15,227 bases of DNA from Promethearchaeati archaeon (GTDB taxonomy: Archaea > Asgardarchaeota > Heimdallarchaeia > JABLTI01). Every line of letters begins with the position of its first letter. Position 1 is the stretch's first letter. The notes below the pieces were generated by a model. The model worked only from the letters and a program-made list of their open reading frames with translations, did not search any database and was not told where the DNA came from. The DNA is taken from contig JABLTI010000068.1 of assembly GCA_013166835.1 (NCBI GenBank), positions 1 through 15,227 on the forward strand, in the 5' to 3' direction. The translations under genes and the position numbers were made by a program. Shown one piece after another: positions 13,704-15,227 of this stretch.

Positions 13704-15227
13704 ATGAGTATACAAAAAGAAAATGTTATTCCATTTATTATGAGTCCGAAGGATGAGATTGTTCCTCTTGAAGCCGAATTTGCTTACATTGTCGGTGTTG
13801 TTGGAGATAAAATAAAGAAGGGTGGGATTTTCAAACGTTCCAAGGAACAATTAACTCAAGTCTCAAAATTCTATTGGCGATTAATGGTTGATACAATTCA
13901 CAACCGAATTATCCTGGTAGACTCCTTAGGAATTTATGGCGGTGGTGCAGAAGTTCAAGACTTATCATTATCAAATGTTTTTGCACAGCTAAAAGCCATA
14001 CAAGATGCAACTACTGTTAAAGCCTATACTGAGAATTTAGAGGAAGCCAATCAAGTTCTTATCTTAGCAACTGATAATTATCCGTTATTTGATGAAGAAT
14101 TCACACGTTCCACACTTGAATTAGTTAAACGTAGTGTCAGTGAGGATATGATCGATACTCCACTTATTTTGCCTTCTTTCGAAGACACAATGAGCAGCGA
14201 ATTGGTTCAATTGTTGAATGAAACTCCGAGATTTGATGAAGGACAAGAAATTTTACGAGAATTAGCTCAACAATGGCTTGCAGAAATAAATTCAGAAATC
14301 ACTACTATCGAACGAGATTATGCTGGGAGAATTGCTCGTAGACAAAGTGAAGTTGAAACTCGACTTGTACAGTATAAAGAGAAAATGGATCAAACAATTG
14401 ATTCCAATCTCGAAAAGGCAAACGAAGCGACTTTCAGAGAATTATCTAAATTCGAATCTAGTACTTTAGGATTAACAGGAATGATAAATCCTATTCAAGA
14501 GCATGCAAGGCAAATTCTTAATGAAGTGCCATCCATTGAAACACCCAAATTCCAAGAAAGTATGAAGAGTTTTCTAAATAAATCCAAAGGCCAAATAGAA
14601 AATATCTCTTCGAAAGTTAAAGAAATGGATGAAGATCGAAAAAATTTGGCAAAAGCGATCAATGGTATCACTAAAAAATTCATGGATGCTAAACAAAGTG
14701 CAATTGATGAATATGAAAATAATAAGGCTGTAGCTGAAAGAGAAGTTGATGAATTACGCATGACTCGAGATAGAGCATTGTCGAATCTTATGGAAATGCG
14801 AGAAAGTATAAAACAAAACACTGATTCAATTTGTAAGAAATTACAAAAAGTCCAGCAGAATCGTAAAGAAGCAATAAACAAGTCGACAACAAGTAGTAGT
14901 GCAGATATTCCAACAGATATTATTATTTCATTATACTTGATAAAATTCCAAGAGAAGAATGATATCAGATACTTTGTAATACCACCTTTAATTAGCCAAA
15001 GAGGTAGACGAGGAGCTGATTACCCAAATGCTGAAATGGATTCAGCTATTATTGGTGGAAAGAAGGTTGCTGACAAGCTCGCGGAAGAATTAGTATTTAA
15101 CCGAAGATTAAAAACCTCATTTGATGCTCTACGAGCAACCAACTACCTTGCAACTAGTGAATTTGTAGGGGCAGTTAGACAAGGTTTGGATTACCTTGTA
15201 CAAAACGAAATGCTAAGTAAGAAGGGG
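13704..15227 (+). CDS. Uncharacterised coiled-coil protein (>508 aa, truncated at the right edge)
   Basis: Open frame from ATG 13704 to the window end, absent from the ORF track because it has no stop: MSIQKENVIPFIMSPKDEIVPLEAEFAYIVG...KKGGIFKRSKEQLTQVSKFYW...; E/K/Q/R-rich heptad region at about 14240-14880; then ISLYLIKF...RYFVIPPL...VRQGLDYLVQNEMLSKKG. GGTG lies upstream of the ATG. Confidence 0.9.
   Translation, partial: MSIQKENVIPFIMSPKDEIVPLEAEFAYIVGVVGDKIKKGGIFKRSKEQLTQVSKFYWRLMVDTIHNRIILVDSLGIYGGGAEVQDLSLSNVFAQLKAIQDATTVKAYTENLEEANQVLILATDNYPLFDEEFTRSTLELVKRSVSEDMIDTPLILPSFEDTMSSELVQLLNETPRFDEGQEILRELAQQWLAEINSEITTIERDYAGRIARRQSEVETRLVQYKEKMDQTIDSNLEKANEATFRELSKFESSTLGLTGMINPIQEHARQILNEVPSIETPKFQESMKSFLNKSKGQIENISSKVKEMDEDRKNLAKAINGITKKFMDAKQSAIDEYENNKAVAEREVDELRMTRDRALSNLMEMRESIKQNTDSICKKLQKVQQNRKEAINKSTTSSSADIPTDIIISLYLIKFQEKNDIRYFVIPPLISQRGRRGADYPNAEMDSAIIGGKKVADKLAEELVFNRRLKTSFDALRATNYLATSEFVGAVRQGLDYLVQNEMLSKKG

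Noticed and set aside
14495-14881. 128-aa minus-strand ORF from the track
   Set aside because: Antisense shadow of the long plus-strand coiled-coil gene (13704 to the end); its F/S/L/I-rich composition mirrors E/K codons.
13704-15227. SMC/Rad50 or dynamin assignment for the coiled-coil protein
   Set aside because: No Walker A, Walker B, signature or zinc-hook motif in the visible part.

Overview
AT-rich archaeal chromosomal segment, probably from an Asgard archaeon (inferred from Topo VI, the aIF-1A/RIO1/KH cluster, GGTGA/GGAGG Shine-Dalgarno sites and a Rab-like G-domain protein). Left to right it holds: the 5' part of a geranylgeranyl-reductase-family gene (-), a flavodoxin, an HxxxDG CoA-dependent acyltransferase, an unannotated small acidic ORF (-), top6B-top6A (+), then a minus-strand run of aIF-1A, RIO1, KH/Dim2, Eis-like GNAT, TfoX-N, threonine synthase, an unannotated 50-aa CPxCG zinc finger and two tandem membrane bPH-domain genes. 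Divergent on the right are a Rab-like pseudo-GTPase with a Cys/His domain and polybasic tail, and a >508-aa coiled-coil protein that the ORF track missed because it runs off the window. The most interesting signal is the pseudo-Rab plus coiled-coil pair. Others are an eIF1A-like basic N-tail on aIF-1A, a frameshifted acidic ORF sharing a palindromic TATA with top6B, and an apparent rearrangement of the conserved aIF1A-rio1-KH-top6B-top6A cluster. No rRNA, tRNA, CRISPR array or mobile element was recognised. All alignments were done by eye against remembered consensus sequences.
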